Source: an uncultured virus (IMG/VR IMGVR_UViG_3300030104_004354) (Duplodnaviria > Heunggongvirae > Uroviricota > Caudoviricetes). Taken from it: 64,000 bases of DNA. Location of the stretch: IMG/VR virus record IMGVR_UViG_3300030104_004354. The stretch is one strand, 5' to 3'. A model generated the notes under the pieces. It was given only the letters and a program-made list of their open reading frames with translations, was not told where the DNA came from and searched no databases. Position numbers and translations under genes: made by a program. Below are positions 56,237-64,000 of this stretch, in pieces (the stretch's first letter is position 1; every line of letters starts with the position of its first letter).

Positions 56237-56999
56237 GCTCTTTCTGTTCGTCGATTCTCTTGCAGACAATTTCATCTGATTGGAATCTAGGACACGCCTC
56301 CTTATACTCACACCAATCGCAGAAGACATTCTCTTGAGCCCAAAACTCATCCTTCTTCTTCTTGCGAATACGCCAGACTTTCTCAGTCTGCTGTTTCTTC
56401 CATCTGTCGATTTGGAAATTACTGAACTTTACGGCGACAAAGTTACCAGTGACAGGATAGTAGTGAGCACAATATATTTTGTTGTAGGGGACATCGTATA
56501 ACTTATGGATTGCCCAGGCATATCCTTTTAGCTGATTATCATCCATGAGGGTCTTTTTCTTTTTCTCCCTCTTGGATGTTTTATAATCAATAACCAAGTA
56601 GCCACCATCTTTCCCCTTAATAACACGGTCAATAACTCCAATAAATTTAATGTCGTGCTTTTCATCCAAAGGAACGTTGACCACCTGTTCGGTAGACATT
56701 GTCTCCCCCAGACCTTGATTCCAAAGAATAAAGTTTTCTAGACAGGACTTCATCCTATCATTATCTCGGAAAGGTACCTTGTATGTTGATCGCTCTTGCT
56801 CGGCAATCTTCAACAAAGACTTTATGTCCCTTTCTTTGTAGCCCAGTTCAAATATCTTGTGAATAAAAGACCCGAAGTTCAAAGCATCCTCATTCTTCGA
56901 GCCGAATCCCGGCAGCTTCAAGATATATTTCAGTCTGTACTTCCACAGGCACTGGTCTATGATGTCACTCTTAGAGGCACTAATACTATTTATGAACAT
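56211..56999 (-). CDS. Cas4/RecB/AddB-like PD-(D/E)XK exonuclease with Fe-S cysteines
   Basis: SASK...QCLWKY, FGSFIH, GVIDRV, IDYKT, QLKGY, CDWCEYKEAC. Confidence 0.88.
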   Translation of the reverse strand: MFINSISASKSDIIDQCLWKYRLKYILKLPGFGSKNEDALNFGSFIHKIFELGYKERDIKSLLKIAEQERSTYKVPFRDNDRMKSCLENFILWNQGLGETMSTEQVVNVPLDEKHDIKFIGVIDRVIKGKDGGYLVIDYKTSKREKKKKTLMDDNQLKGYAWAIHKLYDVPYNKIYCAHYYPVTGNFVAVKFSNFQIDRWKKQQTEKVWRIRKKKKDEFWAQENVFCDWCEYKEACPRFQSDEIVCKRIDEQKELKKTIRSK

Positions 57000-57948
57000 G
57001 GGATCTGATTCTTATATTAGAAAATATTGTCTGGAGAAGTTCCAGTCTAATTATAGACTTTCGAGTGACGATACCGAACTAGTAGTTCCTTCAATATTCA
57101 TAGATAATGACTATAAACGCCACATGTCTATCAATATTGAGACTGGGCTTTGGAGATGCTTTAAGACTGGTGAGGTAGGCAACTTTCTTAAGCTATATGC
57201 CATCCTAGAAAAATGTAGCTACCGTGAGGCTTACGAGAAGTTTGTCTTTGAAGACTTTATGGCAGGCTACAAGGGTCGCCGCCCTATCGAGGAGTTTGAT
57301 CCTAACCAGATTGATTCCGACCTTGATGATGCTGAGAACTTTAAGGTTGTTGAGGATCATCCTTTTGTTGAGTCTCGTGGCGTGGGTCAATTCAAATTCT
57401 ATGTTGCCACTAGCGGTAAATACCGAGGTAGATTAATAATTCCCTTCATCAATCGTAACGGTAAGCTATTCTATTTCCAAGGACGGGCTCTTGGTGATGA
57501 ACAACCCAAATACCTCAACTGTAAAAACCTTAAGAGTTCGCAGGTTCTATACCCCTTTGATTACGGCTCTCAAGAGCCTCTGTACATCACTGAGGGCGTC
57601 TTTGATTGCCTTAGCCTACAGGCGGTTGGGTTAAACGCCACGACCACTCTAAGCTGCTTTACAAGCCGTGAGCAGATGCTTCAACTTAGTCAGTATGCAG
57701 GACCCTTGGTGTGCGCCTTTGATAGTGACGACGCAGGCATCACGGGCCGCAAGAAGTTTATGCAGCTAGCTCACTGGATACGCAGAGACGACCTACACAC
57801 TGTTGTGCCGCCTGAGCCCTTCAAAGACTGGAATGAGATCTTGATTAAGAAAGGGCCAGACTTTCTTAAGAAATCGGCTGAAAAGACTGGCAAACTAGAT
57901 GAGCTTCATTTGACATATCTAGCCTATGAAAAGGGTTGCACTATTTAG
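56998..57948 (+). CDS. gp61: DNA primase (DnaG / T4 gp61-like, TOPRIM)
   Basis: RLIIPF, FQGR, KYLN, YITEGVFDCL, FDSDDAG, KDWNE. Start at 56992 or 56998. Confidence 0.9.
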   Translation: MGSDSYIRKYCLEKFQSNYRLSSDDTELVVPSIFIDNDYKRHMSINIETGLWRCFKTGEVGNFLKLYAILEKCSYREAYEKFVFEDFMAGYKGRRPIEEFDPNQIDSDLDDAENFKVVEDHPFVESRGVGQFKFYVATSGKYRGRLIIPFINRNGKLFYFQGRALGDEQPKYLNCKNLKSSQVLYPFDYGSQEPLYITEGVFDCLSLQAVGLNATTTLSCFTSREQMLQLSQYAGPLVCAFDSDDAGITGRKKFMQLAHWIRRDDLHTVVPPEPFKDWNEILIKKGPDFLKKSAEKTGKLDELHLTYLAYEKGCTI

Positions 57949-58273
57949 GACTTTTATTCATCCTTTGAGTCTTTCTCTTACTGGCCTCTTTACGGCCCGT
58001 AATATATTTGAAGGCCGCTGATAGACTTTTCTTTTTCTCAGGATCCTTGGTTCTTTTCATGGCAACTCTAACCCTTTGATGGATTAGGTTTATTATCTGA
58101 GATTGCCTTTTATGAGGTTTAGATTTAAAAGATCCTTTAGATAGCGTATCCCTAACATCACCCACCGTGCTAAACTTTACACTGACTGTATCGCTAGGAT
58201 TTTCATCAGTGTAAAGTCTTCGACCTGAACCTTCAGGCTTTTTACCAGTTCCCTTTTTAGGATCGTCTGCCAT
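57941..58273 (-). CDS. Conserved basic viral protein (DPKKGTGKKP...RLYTDENP module)
   Basis: Recognisable conserved module of unknown function. Confidence 0.65.
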   Translation of the reverse strand: MADDPKKGTGKKPEGSGRRLYTDENPSDTVSVKFSTVGDVRDTLSKGSFKSKPHKRQSQIINLIHQRVRVAMKRTKDPEKKKSLSAAFKYITGRKEASKRKTQRMNKSPK

Positions 58274-58277
58274 TCAA

Positions 58278-59228
58278 TTACCGTATGATAAATGCCATGT
58301 CATTTGAGACAATGGTTTGATTGAGTGCATTAAACTTAAGCCTTGCGACATAAGTCCCAGTCATAGATCCAAAAGTACCATCCAGAAGTTTAGGATGTGT
58401 TTTTAGAGCTTCTGTGTCTAAGGTGAAGATTACAGTATTTTCAGCCGTGGTATCAACCAGCCCTGAGGTAGCAGAGTAACCTGAGACTTCGACTCTTGCT
58501 TCCAGGTTTCGGTCTTGATTTTTCTTGTATATCTCGATCATCGGGTCAGTTACTAACGACTGCTTGAATAGGTTTACTATGCTTCGATCAATATTGGCAT
58601 TCTCTAAAGTAAACTCGTTAGTAAATTTGAGATCAACCTTAGAGCCCAGGACTACGAAATTGTTTTCAAGTCTAGTAGCCACGCGGAAAAGAAGCGGCTC
58701 TGTAACACCAAAGAACCTGTCTTCGGTTAATGTAAATTCATTAATTATTGTGTCTAGATCTGATCCGGCAACTCGCTTAACCGTCCAAACGTCGATATAA
58801 TCTCCAGTAGAGGAGACAGTATTAGCTATCGTGGTATCTCCCGAGAGATTGAATACACCGCTAGGAATAACGGCTGGCGTATCTAATACACATGCGAATT
58901 TACCCGTCTCCAACTTATAAATACCGGACGCGGCACCAACTACATCAGGGGTGTAATTACTTGCGTCAAAGGCTGAATTGGTGGTTATCGCTGCACTATT
59001 AGAGAAATGCATGAGCACGCTACCCGTAACATCAGACTTAATCTCTCCGTCAGAACTTATAACTGAACTTGGAGACTGATTGTCGGATGCAGCAAAGATC
59101 GATACTCCGCTAATAGAGTGAGGGTCCACATACTGTCCGTCGTTGATAAAATACAATATCAGGGCAGTAGGACCCAAAACAGTGGGTCTCTCGTGTCTTG
59201 TAGTAACTTGATTTCCATTGATTTTCAT
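58278..59228 (-). CDS. Virion structural protein (beta-rich)
   Basis: Co-oriented downstream of the gp26-like gene, with an Ig-like strand composition. Confidence 0.55.
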   Translation of the reverse strand: MKINGNQVTTRHERPTVLGPTALILYFINDGQYVDPHSISGVSIFAASDNQSPSSVISSDGEIKSDVTGSVLMHFSNSAAITTNSAFDASNYTPDVVGAASGIYKLETGKFACVLDTPAVIPSGVFNLSGDTTIANTVSSTGDYIDVWTVKRVAGSDLDTIINEFTLTEDRFFGVTEPLLFRVATRLENNFVVLGSKVDLKFTNEFTLENANIDRSIVNLFKQSLVTDPMIEIYKKNQDRNLEARVEVSGYSATSGLVDTTAENTVIFTLDTEALKTHPKLLDGTFGSMTGTYVARLKFNALNQTIVSNDMAFIIR

Positions 59229-59229
59229 G

Positions 59230-59403
59230 CTAACTCTCCAGCTTCTTTATTTCCTCGCTGTAAAAATTAATGAAGGCTAATCGCTCTTTTTGAGTCATAA
59301 TCTTTACGTCTGAGTATGATAAGCCTACCTTATTTACTAATATATACGCTTGATAAAGAAGATCCTCTGAGGATAAACTGTCAGTTAGCTCACTGAAAAA
59401 AAA
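59230..59403 (-). CDS. Tail/baseplate assembly chaperone C-terminal part (gp51 / gpT-like), probably expressed by -1 frameshift
   Basis: LLYQAYILVNKVGLSYSDVKIMTQKERLAFI pattern. No credible start of its own, and it begins at a T8 slippery run. Confidence 0.65.
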   Translation of the reverse strand, partial: FFFSELTDSLSSEDLLYQAYILVNKVGLSYSDVKIMTQKERLAFINFYSEEIKKLES

Positions 59404-60140
59404 CTGACACCCATCGGGACTGCCATGGTCTCCGTGTAGGCACAATCAGGACACTCGAATATAAATTTAGGATCTATACCATATTCTGATTTGTTTATCT
59501 CCGATATTATTTTTTTAATATCTTGAAGGTGCATTCTTTTTAGAGCTTTTGATATAAATATGGGATCCTTGGTGCCATTTATAGATACAATAAATCTGTA
59601 TATATTTTTATAGGCTTCTTCAGGTTCAGCCATTAGCATTTCCTCGCTGCTTCTTGGAAACCTCACCTCCACCTTGACACCTAGTTTTGGAAGTGTAAAT
59701 TCCCTGGGATCCTCCAGATCTTCAGGAACTTGAGTCATATTGAGGTGCTCAGACAGCACTAGAGAAGTTTTAATATCCGAGCTACATGCAGGACAGGTAA
59801 TGTTAAAGTCATATTCTGCTCCATAGGAAAGCTCTCTAACTTTCATCAACAAAAACATCTTATCCATCGATAGTAGATCATCTACTGATACCCCATCAAT
59901 GGTTTTTTCAAGAAGCTTAGAAACAATATCATTATTTGTGTCTTTAGCGTTTAGAATTTTCTGTTCGTCTAAAAACGTTAAAGGTTTTATCTCAACACCT
60001 TTAAAAGCAGGATAAAACTTACCTCTAGAAGGTAATTCGGTAATCATCAAGGTTTCATCATTCGGGTCTGAGAATAAGGCATCTAACGCTTGTTCTCTGG
60101 GGTCTTTTGAATCACCTATAATTTGTTTGTTTTTGTTCAT
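59385..60140 (-). CDS. gp26: Baseplate hub assembly chaperone (T4 gp26-like)
   Basis: ELPSRGKFY, LTFLDEQKIL, DKMFLLMKVRELSYG, CPAC and CPDC pairs, ending SFF. Confidence 0.8.
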   Translation of the reverse strand: MNKNKQIIGDSKDPREQALDALFSDPNDETLMITELPSRGKFYPAFKGVEIKPLTFLDEQKILNAKDTNNDIVSKLLEKTIDGVSVDDLLSMDKMFLLMKVRELSYGAEYDFNITCPACSSDIKTSLVLSEHLNMTQVPEDLEDPREFTLPKLGVKVEVRFPRSSEEMLMAEPEEAYKNIYRFIVSINGTKDPIFISKALKRMHLQDIKKIISEINKSEYGIDPKFIFECPDCAYTETMAVPMGVSFFSVS

Positions 60141-60161
60141 ATAATACCCTTGTAACAATTA

Positions 60162-60170
60162 CTATTATAG
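60162..60170. promoter_or_regulatory. CTATTATAG palindrome: bidirectional -10 element between gp26 and uvsW
   Basis: 5 nt from hexamer to the uvsW ATG, with TATAAT on the minus strand. Confidence 0.65.
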
Positions 60171-60173
60171 TAT

Positions 60174-61568
60174 ATGAAAATCACCGTAGGCAACTTAACG
60201 TCTACCTTGGAAACGGATAACCCAAAAATCATCTCAGCTTTGAGGGATAAATATTCTTTTTCAGTGCCTGGACACGAATATTCTCAGGCTTACAAAAAGA
60301 GAAGATGGGATGGTAAGAAAAGATACTTTGGAGCCAACGGTAAGTTTAGAACCGGCCTATTGTCCAGAATACAAAAAGACTTAGAAGAAATTGGCGTTAA
60401 AGAAATTGAATGGGAAAACAAAAACGAACCGGAGGAATATTTCATTCCAGAACTTGGTAATTTTCAATATCGAGATTATCAAGAGAGAGCCATTTATAAA
60501 TGTCTTAGAAGAAAAAGAGCAATAATTGATAGTCCAACAGGATCTGGCAAAACCTTAATTATGGCGGGATGTATTGCCGCGCTGCAATGGGGAGATAGTC
60601 CATCCGCAGTTATTCTTTTTAGAGAAAAAGGAATTCTTAACCAAACTTACGAGTTTTTTAAGAAGTGTGGTATTAAGGACCTAGGGTATAACTCAGGAGA
60701 GGGCTATGTTCCTGGTAAGATTATGCTGTCTACCGTTCAAAGTATTGAAAGGATTGTGGACACTCACTTGCATGAGTCAAGTATATTGATGGTTGATGAG
60801 GCACATCAATTTTGCCGAGGTGAGACGACCATAGCAGCCATTGAAAGTTTTCCTAATGCTCGTTATAGGCTTGCATTTACTGCTACTCCCCCTAGAGAGA
60901 ATGCAAAAGACATTAACGCTAGGATGGTCTTAGAGGGATCTTTTGGAGCAGTCTACACTACCAGAACAGCAGAAGACCTTATCAAGGACGGTGCTCTTGC
61001 AAAGCCAATTATCCAGATCGTAGATAATACCAGTATATCACTAGAGGACGCAGTGGAGGATGACTTATCCTATCTTGATATATACGATCAATACGTGGTA
61101 AACTGCGACACTCGTAATGATAAAATTAAAACAATTGTATCAAAAATATATCAATCCAATCCTAACGCTAAGATTTTAATTCTAGTAAAGAACTTGCAGC
61201 ATATTGAAAATTTACAACAAAGAATTGATAATTGCTACACTATCGAGGGTAAGGATGACATTGATAGTAGATACGATATCATCAACAAGTTTGTAAGGGA
61301 CGATAAGGCCTCTACAATCATCGGCACAAACGTTATGCAAACTGGTATTAGTATTGATGAAATTACTCACATGATTAACGCTAGAGGATTATCAGGTGAG
61401 GTTCCCACACTACAGGGATTAGGTAGAGGTATTCGCAAAGCAGAAGGTAAAGACATCATGTATTTTTATGATTTTTACGATCGTGCTCCTTACCTAGAAA
61501 GTCATTCGAAACAGAGAATACAACACTACAAAAGGTTAAAGTTCGAGGTACATAATGTCCGATTCTGA
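60174..61568 (+). CDS. uvsW: SF2 DNA helicase UvsW-like
   Basis: YRDYQ, SPTGSGKT, VDEAH, FTATP, TGISI, QGLGRGIR, YDFYD. Confidence 0.92.
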   Translation: MKITVGNLTSTLETDNPKIISALRDKYSFSVPGHEYSQAYKKRRWDGKKRYFGANGKFRTGLLSRIQKDLEEIGVKEIEWENKNEPEEYFIPELGNFQYRDYQERAIYKCLRRKRAIIDSPTGSGKTLIMAGCIAALQWGDSPSAVILFREKGILNQTYEFFKKCGIKDLGYNSGEGYVPGKIMLSTVQSIERIVDTHLHESSILMVDEAHQFCRGETTIAAIESFPNARYRLAFTATPPRENAKDINARMVLEGSFGAVYTTRTAEDLIKDGALAKPIIQIVDNTSISLEDAVEDDLSYLDIYDQYVVNCDTRNDKIKTIVSKIYQSNPNAKILILVKNLQHIENLQQRIDNCYTIEGKDDIDSRYDIINKFVRDDKASTIIGTNVMQTGISIDEITHMINARGLSGEVPTLQGLGRGIRKAEGKDIMYFYDFYDRAPYLESHSKQRIQHYKRLKFEVHNVRF

Positions 61569-61800
61569 AATTATTACAAAAGAAGCGCAGATCGACACGA
61601 TCAACAAAATTACAAAAGATCAAACCAATTTAATTGATGCATGCGTTGAAATGCTAAACGAGATGAAATCTAATGGCAAGATCAATGAAACCACTGTAAG
61701 GGATCTTACTAGTCTTATCAGACAATTAGATTCTCTAAGAGAGCTATTCTACACACGCTTATTCAATTCTCTTAAGCGTGGTGATATGCTACTGAATTAG
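61555..61800 (+). CDS. Small helical hypothetical protein
   Basis: Overlaps the uvsW end and has a GAGG Shine-Dalgarno. Confidence 0.6.
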   Translation: MSDSEIITKEAQIDTINKITKDQTNLIDACVEMLNEMKSNGKINETTVRDLTSLIRQLDSLRELFYTRLFNSLKRGDMLLN

Positions 61801-63780
61801 GTCCTTACCTCTGTTCCCCGATACCCTAGTAGTAGCCTTAAGCCTATACTGGTGCCAGTCTACAAATATTTCATTGCCATCTGTGGTATTTGATGTGCTA
61901 AAGATATTAGCATTGTTAATAGCCCAGGCCAGACCCAGTCTGTTAAATCTGCTGTCAGGTATCTTATGTCCTGCTGCTAAACTAAACTGAGCCTTGTTAA
62001 CACCATCAACATAGAAATCTACCTCACTCCAGTCCTGGTTACAGCTTACTTGAAGCACGTTAAATTCTTGAGCGGACACCACAACTCCTGTATCGGAGAC
62101 CGTAGAATTGCTGTTGTCGGTTACAACTGCTGACCAAGTGGTATTAGTCTCTCCTCCTCCCGCACCATATTGGAATTCCATGGCATAAGTGGCAGCAGCA
62201 TTGCTAGTACCATTCCTGATTCCAAAGCACATTTTTCCTTCGTTGGAACCGTTTACCCAAAGACCGCTCGGGGCTATTCTACTTGTGAATGATACAGAAC
62301 ATGAACTAACCGCCAGGGCATTGTTAAAAGTTGTTACAAAGCATCTACCAAAAGCGTCCGTTCCTGATCTTATCTCAAATACACCGATGGTTCCCTTGTC
62401 AGGATGCATCACATCATTATCAAAGCATTGACCTGTGCCTGCACCCGTGCCTGCATTTGACTGCCCAAAACCATTTGGACTAGTGCCAGCAGCAAGCCAA
62501 TCTGATTCATGGATGTAACAGGTTGGGTTCATCTGACCTGTTCTAAAAACATTAAGGTTGTCTGCTGATACGTTTGCTATTACGAGGGCTGAGTCAGTAG
62601 AGGCACTGGAAGGGGTAAAATCTATCTCCCCACCACCTAAACCGTCCTCATTGAATAGAAAGTTGGACCCTCCGATATTCAGAGAACTAGCAAAAACTTT
62701 AGAACCAGTTCTTACGAGAATTTGAGGTGTAGTAATATCGTCAAAGTCAACATTATTGAGATTCTGAATGTTAGCATTTGTTCCCAAGAATGTTCTGGAG
62801 TTAGCAGTGGTATCAGCAACCTGCACGGCTGCCGCCGCTGTAAGAGAAAGATTGGCATTAGTGGCTAGGGTTGCGGTTGTAGCGAAGAATGTTGCCGTAG
62901 TATTATATTTTGAATCTGTAAATGCTGTTGTTGCATATGCATTCAGATCCGATTCAACAACAAGATCTTGATCTGCTATGAAGTCTGCAACTGAGGTGGT
63001 AGCCGTATTATTACCCGCATTGTAAAGCAGAAGATCCCCGGCACCAGCGCCAGCCGTGGAAGGCTTTTGAAGGGCAGTGGCTAGCAGCGCACCTGTGGCG
63101 GCTAAAGCATCTTGTGTGGTGACTAATGCTGCACCAGTAGCGGCTAAAGCAGCTTGTGTAGTGATTAATGCTGCACCAGTAGTCGTTAGGTTAGCATTCG
63201 TGGCATAAGCAGCGAGGTCTGAGTTAATTACAATGTCATTTCCAGCAACCTTAGGTTTTTCTGTAAAGGAGACTACCCCGGTAAATACTGCTGGGCCGGT
63301 AACGTTTAACCCTACGGGAAATTGAGGCTCATTAGTGGTAAAAGTGATAGGACCAACTACATTGACCGGCCCAGTTCTCGGAACGAGTTCTCCCGATGTA
63401 GTGCTCACTAGTGCGGTTGTAGCATATACTACCAAGCTGTCTTGAATTTGAGTTTCAACAATTCCGGTAGTTGCCAGACTCAAAGGCGTTGCAGTTGGAC
63501 TAAGTGCCTGAGGAGTATTAAGTGAAGCATAAGTAACTATTTGCCCAAGGTTGCCCGTGGGAACTCCTGTTACTGAGGCTCCACCACCGCCGCCACCTCC
63601 GGTAGTAATAGATGTAACACACCACCTATCACCATCGTAACCCAAAAGTTGACCCTCAGTGGGTGCTGTCGTGCAAACATCACCAACGTCGGATAGATTA
63701 AGAGTAAACTCTTTTAACCCTGTTGAATTACCAGTGGCGTCATCAAATTTCAGGGCAAGTGGTATTTTATTAAAGCCCAT
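61789..63780 (-). CDS. Fibre-like virion protein with C-terminal lectin-like beta domain
   Basis: LSDVGDV...GQLLGYDGDRW fibre repeat, Ala/Thr coiled coil, FYVDG...VDW C-terminus. GGAGG Shine-Dalgarno. Confidence 0.65.
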   Translation of the reverse strand: MGFNKIPLALKFDDATGNSTGLKEFTLNLSDVGDVCTTAPTEGQLLGYDGDRWCVTSITTGGGGGGGASVTGVPTGNLGQIVTYASLNTPQALSPTATPLSLATTGIVETQIQDSLVVYATTALVSTTSGELVPRTGPVNVVGPITFTTNEPQFPVGLNVTGPAVFTGVVSFTEKPKVAGNDIVINSDLAAYATNANLTTTGAALITTQAALAATGAALVTTQDALAATGALLATALQKPSTAGAGAGDLLLYNAGNNTATTSVADFIADQDLVVESDLNAYATTAFTDSKYNTTATFFATTATLATNANLSLTAAAAVQVADTTANSRTFLGTNANIQNLNNVDFDDITTPQILVRTGSKVFASSLNIGGSNFLFNEDGLGGGEIDFTPSSASTDSALVIANVSADNLNVFRTGQMNPTCYIHESDWLAAGTSPNGFGQSNAGTGAGTGQCFDNDVMHPDKGTIGVFEIRSGTDAFGRCFVTTFNNALAVSSCSVSFTSRIAPSGLWVNGSNEGKMCFGIRNGTSNAAATYAMEFQYGAGGGETNTTWSAVVTDNSNSTVSDTGVVVSAQEFNVLQVSCNQDWSEVDFYVDGVNKAQFSLAAGHKIPDSRFNRLGLAWAINNANIFSTSNTTDGNEIFVDWHQYRLKATTRVSGNRGKDLIQ
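63088..63183 (-). repeat. Imperfect 42-bp (14-aa) tandem repeat within the fibre gene
   Basis: TTGAALITTQAALA / ATGAALVTTQDALA / ATGALL. Confidence 0.75.
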
Positions 63781-63791
63781 TCACGCCTCCT

Positions 63792-64000
63792 TTATGTTTT
63801 GTACTGCTCAGGATCTTCCTTCTTATCTTCGTCTGAATCAGGCTTAATATCATCTAAAAGATCTTCTAACTTAGAGAGAAGTGAAGTAAGATCGTCTTGA
63901 TCCATTTTTTCTTCCTCTTCTTCTTCGTCATCCTGATCCTCCTCTTTTGGCATATCTTCAGATGCCTTCTCTTCCTCATCCTTCACTTCAGATTTTACTT
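63792..64000 (-). CDS. C-terminal end of a highly acidic protein (truncated by window edge)
   Basis: The frame is open to position 64000 and is D/E/K-rich. Confidence 0.7.
   Translation of the reverse strand, partial: VKSEVKDEEEKASEDMPKEEDQDDEEEEEEKMDQDDLTSLLSKLEDLLDDIKPDSDEDKKEDPEQYKT

Noticed and set aside
56211..56999. Cas4-like gene as evidence of a CRISPR-Cas system
   Set aside because: No repeat-spacer array or other cas genes are visible. Stand-alone Cas4-like nucleases are common in phages.
59404..59445. GTG start of the 71-aa ORF (MCLHGDHGSPDGCQ)
   Set aside because: It lies inside the gp26-like gene and gives an implausible sequence. Frameshift entry explains the ORF better.
63088..63183. 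42-bp tandem repeat as a possible diversity-generating or CRISPR-like element
   Set aside because: It is in frame, imperfect, and encodes a coiled-coil heptad pair. There is no reverse transcriptase and there are no spacers.
2437..63847. Numerous 60-136 aa ORFs nested in or antisense to long genes
   Set aside because: They overlap well-supported genes, have Ser/Leu/Phe-rich shadow composition, and lack start signals.
1..64000. tRNA, rRNA, IS elements, integrase, portal and terminase genes
   Set aside because: None was recognised. Intergenic gaps are nearly all under 85 bp and are occupied by promoter or terminator motifs. A tRNAscan/Infernal run would be needed to exclude small RNAs formally.

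Overview
This window is part of the genome of a large T4-like (contractile-tailed) bacteriophage, densely coding in the standard genetic code. 1-15 kb is a replication and nucleotide-metabolism module: UvsY, gp41 helicase, class II RNR, gp46/47, ThyX, a family-A DNA polymerase split over three genes, a gp55-like late sigma factor and a resolvase. A plus-strand block inside it carries two basic proteins and a putative secreted glycoside hydrolase. 15-56 kb is a minus-strand virion module: tube, sheath, neck, major capsid, scaffold, prohead protease, fibres/spikes, baseplate and tape measure. 56-64 kb holds a Cas4-like nuclease, primase, a gp26-like chaperone with a probable -1 frameshift, UvsW and a fibre. 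The most notable observations are the tripartite UDG-exo/thumb/polymerase PolA, a palindromic CTATNATAG element positioned to drive leaderless bidirectional transcription, and many basic proteins built from modules separated by gp21-type cleavage motifs. I found no tRNA, rRNA, CRISPR array, portal or terminase. All calls come from motif recognition and gene order by eye, without database searches.
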